Source: an uncultured beta proteobacterium
GTDB lineage: Bacteria; Pseudomonadota; Gammaproteobacteria; Burkholderiales; Casimicrobiaceae
NCBI GenBank assembly: GCA_963779805.1
Contig: CAVZZN010000016.1
Coordinates: 304,584 to 368,583, forward strand
Length of the DNA: 64,000 nucleotides
Reading direction: 5' to 3'
Each line of letters opens with the position of its first letter. Positions within the stretch are counted from its first letter, which is position 1. A program made the translations under genes and the position numbers. The notes below the pieces were generated by a model. The model was given only the letters and a program-made list of their open reading frames with translations, made no database searches and was not told where the DNA came from. Shown here in pieces: positions 39,248 to 49,241 of the stretch.

Positions 39248-40633
39248 TCAGTCGATGTGCGTTGCCGCCGAGAGCGGACGCGCGGGCGTGGCGACGGGAT
39301 GCGGCCCGTGCTCTTGCGCATCGCCATCGCCGAACCCGGCGCGCACGAGGCGCGCCATGAAGAAGATGCCCGCGCCGAAGATCAGTACGTACGCGACCAT
39401 GTACACCGCGAGCGACACGCCCACGTCGACCGGCGCGAGGCTCGGCGTCACCGCATCGCGCGTGCGCAGCAGGCCGTACACGACCCAGGGCTGCCGCCCC
39501 ACTTCGGTGGTCGCCCAGCCCGCGAGCACCGCCACGAAACCCAGCGGAGCGGCGAGCACGCACAGGCGCTGGAATGCGCGTGCCGTCGCGAGGCGACCGC
39601 GCCACCACAGCACCACGCCGACGAGCGTGACGCCGAGCATCGCGAGCCCGATGCCGACCATGATGCGAAACGAGAAGAACGGAATCGCCACCGGCGGGCG
39701 ATCCTCCGGCTTCCAGTCCTTGAGGCCGCGCACCTCGCCGTCGATGTCGTGACGCAGGATGAGCGAGCCCGCACCGGGAATGCCGATCTCGAACCGGTTG
39801 CGCTCGGCCCGCTCGTCGGGCCAGGCGAAGAGCAGCAGCGGCATCCGGCGCATGGTGGTCCAGTTCGCCTCCATCGCGGCGATCTTCGCCGGCTGATGCT
39901 CGAGCGTGTTGAGGCCGTGCAGGTCGCCGACGAGCACCTGCAACGGCACGAGCAGTGCGAGCAGACCGAGGCCCATCTTCTGCATCGTGAGGCTTTCGGT
40001 CACGAAGCGGTTGCCGCGCAGGTAATAGCCCGCCACGCCGACCACCACGAATGCGGTCGTGATGAAGAATGCCATCGCGGTGTGCACGAGGCGATAGGGA
40101 AACGAAGGGTTGAAGATGACGCGCAGCCAGTCCTGCGGCAGGAAGCGGCCGTCGGCGATCACGTGACCGACCGGCGTCTGCATCCAGCTGTTCACGGCGA
40201 GGATCCAGAACGTGGAGAACAGCGTTCCCGCGGCCACCATGATCGCCGCGCCGAGGTGCATCCAGGGCGGCACGCGCTTGCGCCCGAACAGCAGCACCCC
40301 GAGGAAGCCCGCCTCGAGGAAGAACGCCGTCAGCCCTTCGTAGGCCATGAGCGGGCCCACGATGTCGGCGGTCGCGTCCGAATAGCCGCTCCAGTTGGTG
40401 CCGAACTGGAACGGCATCACGATCCCCGACACCACGCCCATCCCGAACGACACGGCGAAGATGCGCAGCCAGAACTGCGACAGGCGCAGGAATACCTCAC
40501 GCCGGGTAAAGAAATGCACGCCCTCGAGCACCGCGATGTAGGCCGCGAGACCGACCGTGAATGCCGGCAGCAGGATGTGCAGCGCGACGACCCACGCGAA
40601 CTGCAGCCGCGAAAGGGTGAGGGCATCGAGCAT
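39248..40633 (-). CDS. cydA: Cytochrome bd-type quinol oxidase subunit I (CydA/CioA, short form)
   Basis: ATG at 40633 (MLDALTLSRLQFAWVVALHILLPAFTVGLA), with GRQPWVVYGLLRT near the C-terminus. At 461 aa it is shorter than the long-Q-loop E. coli type, which suggests the CIO subclass (inference). Confidence 0.9.
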   Translation of the reverse strand: MLDALTLSRLQFAWVVALHILLPAFTVGLAAYIAVLEGVHFFTRREVFLRLSQFWLRIFAVSFGMGVVSGIVMPFQFGTNWSGYSDATADIVGPLMAYEGLTAFFLEAGFLGVLLFGRKRVPPWMHLGAAIMVAAGTLFSTFWILAVNSWMQTPVGHVIADGRFLPQDWLRVIFNPSFPYRLVHTAMAFFITTAFVVVGVAGYYLRGNRFVTESLTMQKMGLGLLALLVPLQVLVGDLHGLNTLEHQPAKIAAMEANWTTMRRMPLLLFAWPDERAERNRFEIGIPGAGSLILRHDIDGEVRGLKDWKPEDRPPVAIPFFSFRIMVGIGLAMLGVTLVGVVLWWRGRLATARAFQRLCVLAAPLGFVAVLAGWATTEVGRQPWVVYGLLRTRDAVTPSLAPVDVGVSLAVYMVAYVLIFGAGIFFMARLVRAGFGDGDAQEHGPHPVATPARPLSAATHID

Positions 40634-40742
40634 CAGCGTCCCCTGGACGTGAACCCCGCCATGGTACCGCGCAACCCGGCTGCGCCCGGTGCGCACGGCA
40701 ACGCGAGGGGATGGCCGGCGGGCATGTTGGCATAATCGCGGG

Positions 40743-42332
40743 ATGACGACCTCCCCGCCGTACAGCCCGCACGACCGGCACGACGGGGCACGCCTCCAGC
40801 TCGCGGGCATCACCAAGGTGTACCCCTCGGTGATCGCGAACGACGGCATCGATCTCGAGGTGATGCCTAGCGAGATCCATGCCGTGCTCGGCGAGAACGG
40901 CGCCGGCAAGTCGACGCTGATGAAGATCATCTACGGCGTCGTGCGCCCCGATGCAGGCACGATCCGCTGGAACGGGGAGCCCGTGACGATCGCCAATCCG
41001 GCGCGTGCGCGGCGGCTCGGCATCGGCATGGTCTTCCAGCACTTCTCGCTGTTCGAGTCGCTGACCGTCGCGCAGAACATCGCCCTCGCGCTCGAACCGG
41101 CGGCGGCGAAGGGCGACCTCGCTTCGCGCATCCGCGACGTGTCGGCGCGCTACGGCCTGCCGCTCGAGCCGCACCGCCACGTGCACGGGATGTCCGTCGG
41201 CGAGCGGCAGCGCGTGGAGATCGTGCGCTGCCTGCTGCAGGATCCGCAGCTCATCATCCTCGACGAGCCGACTTCGGTGCTGACGCCGCAGGCGGTCGAG
41301 AAGCTGTTCGAGACCCTGCGCCAGCTTGCATCCGACGGCTGCAGCATCCTCTACATCAGCCACAAGCTCGACGAGATCCGCGCGCTGTGCCAGCGCGCGA
41401 CCGTGCTGCGCGGCGGACGGGTGACGGGCACGTGCGATCCGCGCCGCGAGTCCGCGTCCTCGCTCGCGCGCATGATGATCGGGAGCGACCTGCCGCGTCC
41501 TCAGCACCGGAGCGCGCAGCCCTCGCCCACGCCGACGCTGGAGCTCGATGCGCTCTCGCTCGACGCCGACGATCCGTTCGGCACGAGCCTGGTCGCGCTG
41601 CGGCTTGCCGTGCATGCGGGCGAGATCGTGGGCATCGCGGGCGTGTCCGGCAACGGCCAGCGCGAGCTGCTCGCCGCACTGTCGGGAGAGCGTCGCACGA
41701 ACGCCGCGGCGGTGCGCATCGGCGGCGAGCCCGTCGGCCACCTCGACGCGAACGCACGGCGCGCACGCGGGCTCGCGACGATTCCCGAGGAGCGTCTCGG
41801 CCGCGGCGCGGTCCCCCAGATGACGCTCGGCGAGAACACGCTGCTCACGTCCGCGCGCCAGGGGCTCGTTCGCCACGGCCTCGTCGACATGGGCGCAGCG
41901 AATGCGCGCGCCGCGCGCGTCATCGACGCGTACCGTGTCCGCGCGGCCGGGCCCGCCGCACTGGCGGGGAGCCTCTCCGGCGGCAATCTGCAGAAGTTCA
42001 TCGTCGGTCGCGAGATCCTGCAGCAGCCGCGCGTGCTCGTCGCCGCGCAGCCGACGTGGGGCGTCGACGTCGGCGCCGCCGCGCTCGTCCGCCAGTCGCT
42101 GCTCGACCTGCGGGATGCGGGTGTCGCGATCCTCGTGATCTCGGAAGAGCTGGACGAGATCTTCGAGATCGCGGATCGCATCGCCGTGATCGCGCAGGGG
42201 CGCCTGTCCGAAGCGCAGCCGATCCGCAGCGTGGATCCCGAAGCGATCGGCATGCTCATGAGCGGTGCGTTCGGCGCGCCCGGTGCGCACGCGCATCCGC
42301 ACGCTTCACCTGCCGGCCACGTGGACGGCTGA
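40743..42332 (+). CDS. ABC transporter ATP-binding protein with two ATPase modules (BMP/nucleoside- or sugar-importer type)
   Basis: ATG at 40743. Module 1 has GENGAGKST, MSVGERQRVEI and LILDEPT. Module 2 has GVSGNGQ and LSGGNLQKFIVGRE. Confidence 0.85.
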   Translation: MTTSPPYSPHDRHDGARLQLAGITKVYPSVIANDGIDLEVMPSEIHAVLGENGAGKSTLMKIIYGVVRPDAGTIRWNGEPVTIANPARARRLGIGMVFQHFSLFESLTVAQNIALALEPAAAKGDLASRIRDVSARYGLPLEPHRHVHGMSVGERQRVEIVRCLLQDPQLIILDEPTSVLTPQAVEKLFETLRQLASDGCSILYISHKLDEIRALCQRATVLRGGRVTGTCDPRRESASSLARMMIGSDLPRPQHRSAQPSPTPTLELDALSLDADDPFGTSLVALRLAVHAGEIVGIAGVSGNGQRELLAALSGERRTNAAAVRIGGEPVGHLDANARRARGLATIPEERLGRGAVPQMTLGENTLLTSARQGLVRHGLVDMGAANARAARVIDAYRVRAAGPAALAGSLSGGNLQKFIVGREILQQPRVLVAAQPTWGVDVGAAALVRQSLLDLRDAGVAILVISEELDEIFEIADRIAVIAQGRLSEAQPIRSVDPEAIGMLMSGAFGAPGAHAHPHASPAGHVDG

Positions 42333-43418
42333 TGCTCCCGCGCTTCGAGCCGCGTCCCGAGCCGTCGCGCCTGGCGGGGTGGCTCGCGCCGCTGTGGGCG
42401 GTACTCGCGACCGTGGTCGTGGGGCTCGTGCTGTTCTCGCTGCTCGGCAAGGACCCCGCAGAGGCGCTGTACGTGTTCTTCGTGAAGCCGCTCGCGACGC
42501 GCTACGGCGTCGGCGAGCTGCTGCAGAAGGCGGGGCCGCTGATGCTGTGCGCGGTCGGCCTCGCAGCGGGTTACCGCGCCAACGTGTGGAACATCGGCGC
42601 CGAGGGCCAGCTCACCATCGGCGGACTCGCGGCCGGCGCGCTGGCACTCGCGTTCGCAGATGCGCCCGCCGCACTGCTGCTGCCGGCGATGTTCGTCGCG
42701 GGCGCGCTCGGCGGCATGGCGTGGGCCGCGATTCCCGCGTGGCTGCGCACGCGGTTCAACGCCAACGAGATCCTCACCTCGCTGATGCTCGTGTACATCG
42801 CGACGTACCTGCTTTCGTACTGCGTGAACGGCCCGCTGCGCGATCCGGAGGGCTTCAACTTCCCGCAGTCGCGGCTCTTCGCGCAAAACGCGCTGCTGCC
42901 GAACATCCTGTCCGGCACGCGCCTGAATGCCGGGTTCGTCGTCGCGCTCGCCGTCGTGGCGATGCTGTGGCTGTTCATGCAGAGGAGCTACGCGGGCTTT
43001 CGCATGCGCGTCGCGGGGCTCGCTCCGGCGGCCGCGACGTACACGGGGATCTCGCTGCGACGCACCGTGTGGATGGCGCTGCTGATCGGCGGTGCGTGCG
43101 CGGGCGTCGCGGGAACCAACGAGGTCGCGGGCCCGCTCGGGCCAGCTGCAGCCCTCGATCTCGCCGGGCTACGGCTTCGCGGCGATCATCGTCGCATTCG
43201 TGGGGCGGCTGCACCCCGTCGGCATCGTCGGCGCGAGCCTGCTCATGTCGCTGCTCTATCTCGGCGGCGAGTCGGCGCAGGTGACGCTTGCCCTCCCGAG
43301 CGCGGTCACGGGCCTGTTCCAGGGCACGCTGCTGTTCTTCCTGCTCGCGGCGGACGTCTTCATCCACTATCGCGTGCGCCTCGGCGCGCCGGCGGCGACC
43401 GCGATCGCGCGAAGCTGA
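42332..43418 (+). CDS. ABC transporter permease (BMP-type importer, subunit 1); frame broken near 43139
   Basis: The ATG at 42332 overlaps the ATPase stop. The N-part lies in the ORF 41387..43453 frame and the C-part in ORF 43092..43418. The break is repaired by removing one G from ctcGGGcca. Confidence 0.8.
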
Positions 43419-43422
43419 AGCG

Positions 43423-44344
43423 ATGGACACGTTCGCCGAGCTCGTCGTGCTGACCCTCGCCGCGGGCACGCCGCTCGTGTTCGCGGCATTGGGCGAGCTC
43501 GTCGTCGAGAAGTCCGGCGTGCTCAACCTGGGCGTCGAAGGCATGATGCTCGTCGGCGCCGTGGCCTCGTTCATCGTCGCAGCGAAGACGGGACAGCCGT
43601 GGCTCGGCGTGGGCGCGGGCCTGCTTGCGGGCGCGGCCCTGTCGATCGTGTTCGCCGTGCTCGCGCTCACGCTGATGGCCAATCAGGTGGCCTGCGGCCT
43701 CGCGCTTTCGCTCTTCGGCGTGGGGCTATCCGCGTTCATCGGGCTGCCGTACGTGAGCGTGACGGTGTCGGGCATCAAGGCCTTGTCGCTGCCGGGCGTG
43801 AGCGACCTGCCGGTGATCGGCAAGCTTGCTGTTCGGACACAACCCGCTCGTGTACGTCTCGCTCGCGCTGTTCGTCGCCGTGCACCTGTTCCTGAACCGC
43901 ACGCGCGCGGGCCTCGTGCTGCGCGCCGTGGGCGAGTCGCCCGAGTCCGCGCATGCGATCGGCTATCCCGTGATCAGGATCCGCTACCTCGCCGTGCTGT
44001 TCGGCGGCGCGTGCGCCGGACTGGGGGGCGCCTATCTCGCCCTCGCGTACACGCCGATGTGGGCGGAAGGGATGACCGCGGGCCGCGGCTGGATCGCGCT
44101 GGCGCTGGTCGTGTTCGCGACGTGGAAGCCGGCGCGCGTGCTCGTGGGCGCGTATCTGTTCGGCGGCGTCACGCTCGCGCAGTTCCAGGCGCAGGCCTCG
44201 GGCGTGGCCGTGCCGTCGCAAGTGCTGTCGATGCTGCCTTACGTCGCGACCGTCATCGTGCTCGCGCTCATCTCGCGCGACGCGACGATGATCCGCCTCA
44301 ACGCACCGGCATCGTTGGGCAAGCCGTTCCGACCCGAAGCGTAA
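43423..44344 (+). CDS. ABC transporter permease (BMP-type importer, subunit 2); frame broken near 43825
   Basis: The ATG at 43423 (MDTFAELVVLTLAAGTPLVFAALGELVVEKSGVLNLGVEG) lies in the ORF 43288..45540 frame. The remainder is in ORF 43826..44344. Confidence 0.8.
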
Positions 44345-44370
44345 TCGACCCAGGGTCGACCCTGGGTCGA
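44345..44370. repeat. Perfect 26-bp palindrome between the permease and binding-protein genes
   Basis: The sequence tcgacccagggtc|gaccctgggtcga starts 1 nt after the permease stop and lies about 70 nt before the BMP gene start. Confidence 0.7.
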
Positions 44371-44439
44371 AGCCCGCAGCCGCGTAAAATGGCGGCCGAG
44401 CCGCATCCTCGCGCGGCACCGCCTTCTCCAGGAGACGCC

Positions 44440-45540
44440 ATGTCCTTCGCTTGCCCGAAGTCGCTTCTCGCGCTCGCTGCGCTCGCCGTCGCCACCGCCA
44501 CCGCCTGTCCGGCGTTCGCGCAGCAGAGCGCACCCGGCGCGCCGTACAAGGTCGGCTTCGTGTACGTGAGCCCCATCGGCGACGCCGGCTGGACGTTCCA
44601 GCACGATTCGGGTCGGCGCGAGATGGAAAAGGCGCTCGCCGGGAAAGTCGTCACGAAGTACGTCGAGAACGTGCCCGAGGGCGCCGATGCCGAGCGCGTC
44701 ATCCGGGAGCTCGCGCAGAGCGGCAACCAGCTCATCTTCACGACCTCGTTCGGGTACATGAACCCGACGCTCAAGGTGGCGATGGCGTTTCCCGACACCA
44801 AGTTCGAGCACGCCACCGGCTACAAGACCGCCGCGAACGTCGGCACGTACAACGCGCGCTTCTACGAAGGCCGCTATCTCGCCGGCATGGTCGCGGGCAA
44901 GATGACCAAGTCGAACATCGCCGGTTACGTGGCGGCGTTTCCGATTCCCGAGGTGGTGATGGGCATCAACGCGTTCACGCGCGGCATGCGCGCCGTGAAC
45001 CCGAAAGCCGAGATGAAGGTCATCTGGACGAACTCGTGGTACGACCCGGGCCGCGAGCGCCAGGCCGCCGACACGCTCGTGTCGCAGGGCGCCGACGTCC
45101 TCACGCATCACACCGACTCGACCGCCGTCGTGCAGGCCGCGGAAGCCGACAAGGTGTGGGCGGTCGCGTACCACTCCGACATGTCCAAGTACGGCCCGCA
45201 CGCGCAGCTCACCGCGGTGACGCACCAGTGGGGCGCGTACTACACGAAGGTGGTGAGCGATGCGATCGCGGGCCGCTGGAAGCCCGACCACGTCTGGGGC
45301 GGCATCAAGGAAGGCATGATCAAGATGGGCCCCTTCAACGCTGCCGTGCCGAAGGACGTGCAGGATCTCGTGAACAGGACGGCAGCGCAGATCGGGGCCG
45401 GCAAGTTCCATCCCTTCACCGGTCCGATCAAGGACAACGAGGGCAAGGAGCGACTCGCGGCGGGCAAGGTCATGCCCGACGACGTGCTGCTGAAGATGGA
45501 CTACTACGTCGAAGGCGTGCAGGGCAAGTTGCCCAAGTAG
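44440..45540 (+). CDS. BMP-family (basic membrane protein / PnrA-like) ABC transporter substrate-binding protein
   Basis: AGGAGA precedes the ATG at 44440. A signal peptide is followed by YKVGFVYVSPIGDAGWTFQHD...FTTSFGYMNP...AGYVAAFPIPEV. Confidence 0.85.
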   Translation: MSFACPKSLLALAALAVATATACPAFAQQSAPGAPYKVGFVYVSPIGDAGWTFQHDSGRREMEKALAGKVVTKYVENVPEGADAERVIRELAQSGNQLIFTTSFGYMNPTLKVAMAFPDTKFEHATGYKTAANVGTYNARFYEGRYLAGMVAGKMTKSNIAGYVAAFPIPEVVMGINAFTRGMRAVNPKAEMKVIWTNSWYDPGRERQAADTLVSQGADVLTHHTDSTAVVQAAEADKVWAVAYHSDMSKYGPHAQLTAVTHQWGAYYTKVVSDAIAGRWKPDHVWGGIKEGMIKMGPFNAAVPKDVQDLVNRTAAQIGAGKFHPFTGPIKDNEGKERLAAGKVMPDDVLLKMDYYVEGVQGKLPK

Positions 45541-45643
45541 CAGACGTCTCTCCGGTCGTCGTTGGCGCGGCCCGCTCGTCGTGCGCCACGAGGTGACTTG
45601 CAGCCGGGTCACCGCGCTCGCGCCGCAGCCGGACGCTCAGCGA

Positions 45644-47119
45644 TCAGGTGTTGAGCTTGCGCAGCAGCCAGAGCACCTTCTCGAAGGTCGCGCCGTAGGG
45701 TGGCTGCAGCAGGCTCGTGAGCGCGAGCCGGCGCTGCACGAACACCGGCTTTTCCTGGCTGAAGGTGAGGAAGCCGTACTCGCCGTGGTACGCGCCCGCC
45801 CCCGAAGCACCGACGCCGCCGAACGGCAGCTCCTCGTGCGCAAAGTGCCACATCGTGTCGTTCACGGTCACGCCGCCGGCGAGGGTCTGCTGCAAGACGC
45901 GCTCGCGGTTCGCCGCGTTCTCGCCGAAGTAGTAGAACGCGAGCGGCCGCGGCCGGCGGTTGATCCGCTCGATGGCATCGTCCAGACGTTCGTACGTCTC
46001 GATGGGCAGCAGCGGACCGAAGATCTCCTCCTGCATCACCGCCATGCCGTCGTGCGCGTCGAGCACGAGCGTCGGCGGGAACTTGCGCGTCGCCGGGTCG
46101 GGGCCGTCGGCTTCCAGCGTGACGATGGTCGCGCCCTTCGCGCGCGCCTCTTCGACGAGCGAGAGCAGGCGGCGGTAATGCCGTTCGTTGACGATGGTCG
46201 AGTAGTCCGGATTGCTCTGCACCTGCGGATACAGCCGCGCGACCGCGCGCTTCAACGCCTCGACGAGGCGATCGCGCTGGGCGACGTGCACGAGCGCGTA
46301 ATCCGGAGCGATGCAGGTCTGGCCCGCGTTGAGCAGCTTGCCGGCCATGAGCCGCGGCGCGACGACGTCCACCTTGGCGTCGACGTCGAACAGCGCCGGC
46401 GACTTGCCGCCGAGCTCGAGCGTGACGGGCGTGAGGTTCTCCGCCGCGGCGCGCGCCACCATGCGGCCCACCGCCGTCGAGCCCGTGAAGAACAGGTGAT
46501 CGAACGGCAGCGCGCTGAACGCCTCGCCGAGCGCCGCGTCGCCCTGCACCACCGCGAGCTCGTCGTCGCGAAAGTGCTCGTGCACCTTCTGCGCGAGCAT
46601 GGCGGCAAGGTTGGGCGTCAGCTCGGATGGCTTGAGCAGCACGCGATTGCCGGCGGCGAGCGCGGCCGCGACCGGAGCGAGCGCAAGCTGGAACGGATAG
46701 TTCCACGGACTGATGACGCCGACCACGCCGACCGGCTGGCGCAGCAGCATCGCCTTCGCCGGCATGAGATGCAGCGGTGTGGGCACACGCTGCGGCTTCA
46801 TCCATAGCGCGAGGCTGCGCATCGCCTGCCTGATCGCCGCCGCCACGATGTAGCACTCCGCGATGCGCGTCTCCTGCGGCGAGCGATGGCCGAAGTCGCG
46901 CGAGATCGCGTCGACCCATGCCGACTCGTGCTCGGTCGTGAGCTCGAGCAGGCGTCGCAGCCGATCCCATCGGATCGCGTGATCGGGATAGCGCTCGCCT
47001 TCGAATGCTGCGCGCTGGGCATGGAAGACGCGCTCGAGCTCCGCGCGTGACGTCGACGAAGCGGACGAGGCAGCTCCGCCCGTGGTGCCGGTGGGCGTGG
47101 AAGTGGCTGGAGCATTCAT
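45644..47119 (-). CDS. NAD(P)-dependent aldehyde dehydrogenase (class-3 / coniferyl-aldehyde-dehydrogenase-like)
   Basis: ATG at 47119. Motifs present are ISPWNYPF, ELGGKSP, the catalytic Cys in NAGQTCIAPDY, and EEIFGPLLPI. Confidence 0.85.
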   Translation of the reverse strand: MNAPATSTPTGTTGGAASSASSTSRAELERVFHAQRAAFEGERYPDHAIRWDRLRRLLELTTEHESAWVDAISRDFGHRSPQETRIAECYIVAAAIRQAMRSLALWMKPQRVPTPLHLMPAKAMLLRQPVGVVGVISPWNYPFQLALAPVAAALAAGNRVLLKPSELTPNLAAMLAQKVHEHFRDDELAVVQGDAALGEAFSALPFDHLFFTGSTAVGRMVARAAAENLTPVTLELGGKSPALFDVDAKVDVVAPRLMAGKLLNAGQTCIAPDYALVHVAQRDRLVEALKRAVARLYPQVQSNPDYSTIVNERHYRRLLSLVEEARAKGATIVTLEADGPDPATRKFPPTLVLDAHDGMAVMQEEIFGPLLPIETYERLDDAIERINRRPRPLAFYYFGENAANRERVLQQTLAGGVTVNDTMWHFAHEELPFGGVGASGAGAYHGEYGFLTFSQEKPVFVQRRLALTSLLQPPYGATFEKVLWLLRKLNT

Positions 47120-47195
47120 GTGACGAAGTCGCGCATGCTGCGCGGCCGGATCGGAGGGGTCGGCACCGGGCGGTAGCCGGGGCCACCGCCGCATT

Positions 47196-47747
47196 CTACG
47201 CGCGGCGCGCTTGCGCGAGCATCGACGCCGAAGCCGGCCGCTTGGGCGCAAGCGCCGAGCGTACCGCGCGGGCTTCGAGCGCGAGCAACGCGCGCTTGCG
47301 CTCGATCCCGCCCGCATAACCCGTCAGCGCGCCGCGCGCGCCCAGCACGCGATGACACGGTATGAACACGCACAGCGGATTGCGCCCGGTCGCGGCCCCG
47401 ACCGCACGCGCCGCCCGTGGCACGCCGACGGCCGCGGCGATCTGCGCATACGTCGCGGTATGTCCGGGCGCGATGCAGGCGATCGCGCTCCAGACGTTGC
47501 GCTGGAACGTCGTGCCTGCAGGCGCGAGCGGCACGTCGATGGCGAAAGCTTCGCCGGCGAGGTAGCGCTCGAGCGCCGCGCCGGCGCGCATCAGCACCGG
47601 GTGGCGCGCATCCTCGATCGCGCCCAGCGGCGGCTCGACGACGCGCCGATCGACGAACTGCGCGTACACGAGGGCATCGGCTCGCGCTGCCAGCAGCATG
47701 TCGCCGAGCGGGGTGGTGACGCGCGCAAAGAACGTGGGCTCGTTCAT
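47196..47747 (-). CDS. ogt: Methylated-DNA--protein-cysteine methyltransferase Ogt
   Basis: The ATG at 47747 overlaps the upstream stop (ATGA). The active site IPCHRV and the helix TYAQIAAAVGVPRAARAVGAA are present. Confidence 0.9.
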   Translation of the reverse strand: MNEPTFFARVTTPLGDMLLAARADALVYAQFVDRRVVEPPLGAIEDARHPVLMRAGAALERYLAGEAFAIDVPLAPAGTTFQRNVWSAIACIAPGHTATYAQIAAAVGVPRAARAVGAATGRNPLCVFIPCHRVLGARGALTGYAGGIERKRALLALEARAVRSALAPKRPASASMLAQARRA

Positions 47748-49173
47748 CTCGATCTCCAGAGGTGCATGACGGCGTAGGAACGCCAGGGCTGCCACTGCGC
47801 GCTGCGCGCCGCCGCGCGTGCGATGCCGGGCTCGCCCATCGCCTTGCGCAGCGGACCGTCGCCCGCGGGAAACGCATCGGGCCACGCCAGCGCCCGCATG
47901 GCGATCATCTCCGCGCTCCACGGCCCGATGCCGGGAATCGCACGCAGGCGGTGCATGGTTGCCGCGACGTCGCTGCGCGGCTCGAGCTGCAGCTCGCCCG
48001 CAACGAGCGCCTTCGCCAGCGCGATCAACGAACGCGCGCGACCGGGCGTGATGCCGAGCGCACGCAACTGCGCGGGCTCTGCGCTCGCCACGCGTGCGGC
48101 CGCAGGGAAAAGCCGGTCGAGGTCGCCGCGCGCCTCGCCGCACGCTCACCGAGCGCGCGGACGAGACGCGCGAGCAGCGTGCGCGCACTCGCCACGCTCA
48201 CCTGCTGTCCGAGCACGACGCGGACCGCGAGCTCGAAGCCGTCGACCGTGCCCGGCACGCGCAAGCCGGGCGCGCCCGCCGCGAGGTCGCCGAGGACGGC
48301 GACGACCGCGTGGGGATCGCAATTCGTGTCGAAGGCATGGCGCACCCGCGCCAGGACGGACGGAACCACGCGTGCGAGCGTCGGCGCGAGCTCGACTTTC
48401 AGCGCGTCGCGCCCGCGCGCCGGGGTCACCGCGATCCAGCCGGCGTGCTCGCGCCCGTCGTGCGCAAGGCGCAGCGTGCGCACGTAGCCGTGCGGCCCGA
48501 CCTCCTCGACGCCGGGGATCGCACGGCGCGCAAGGAATTCGAGCATCGCGGGCCAGTCGTACGGCGGTCGGTACGCGATCTCGAACCGCAGCGGCGCGGG
48601 TGTGGCTGCAACCAAGGCGTGTCGGCGCAGTGCCGCGGGCGCGAGCCGGTAGCGCGCGTGAAACAGCGCGTTGAAGCGGCGAACGCTGCGGAATCCGCTC
48701 GCGAACGCGATGTCGGTGACGGGCAGCGCCGTGTCGGTGAGCAGGCGCTTCGCGAGCAGCAGCCGATGCGTCTGCGCATATTCGACCGGCGACACCCCGA
48801 ACGTGGTGGCGAAGATGCGCCGCAGATGCCGGCTGGTGACGCCGAGCCGCGCCGCGAGCGCCTCCACGCCGCCTTCGTCGGGCACGCCGTCGTCGATCAG
48901 CGCGACGGCGGCCTGCGCGAGACGCGCCGTTGCATCGGCCGCGGCGCTGCCCGGCGCGAGCTCCGGGCGACAGCGCAGGCACGGCCGGTATCCCGCGACC
49001 TCGGCGGCCGCGGCGCTGCGGAAGAAGCGGCAGTTCGCGGCCCGCGGCGTGCGCGCGCGGCAGACCGGCCGACAGTAGATGCCGGTCGTCGCCACGCCGA
49101 CGAAGAAGCGGCCGTCGAAGCGCGCGTCGTGGGTGGCGAGCGCCCGATAGCAGCTCGCGGTGTCGAGATCCAT
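47744..49173 (-). CDS. Ada-type regulatory domain fused to an AlkA-type DNA glycosylase (AdaA-AlkA); frame broken near 48110
   Basis: The N-terminus has a Cys4 zinc site (CRPVCRAR...CRFF...CLRCRP), followed by an AraC-type HTH (GVSPVEYAQTHRLLLAKRLL), an AlkA N-domain, and HhH-GPD (RAIPGIGPWSAEMIAMR). The halves lie in ORFs 48025..49173 and 47744..48091. Confidence 0.85.
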
Positions 49174-49241
49174 GGCCGGATTATGCGCGTCCGCCTGGCG
49201 CGGGACTCGCCGTTTCCGGACATGGAACCGCGCTCAACCCT

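Noticed and set aside
40634-40742. Searched the cydA / ABC divergent spacer, and the spacers upstream of phaC and the hyp genes, for Fnr/Anr boxes (TTGAT-N4-ATCAA) and sigma54 promoters (TGGCAC-N5-TTGC).
   Set aside because: I found no match better than half-sites. A CATAAT at 40729 may be a -10 element for the ABC operon, but nothing supports a specific regulator.
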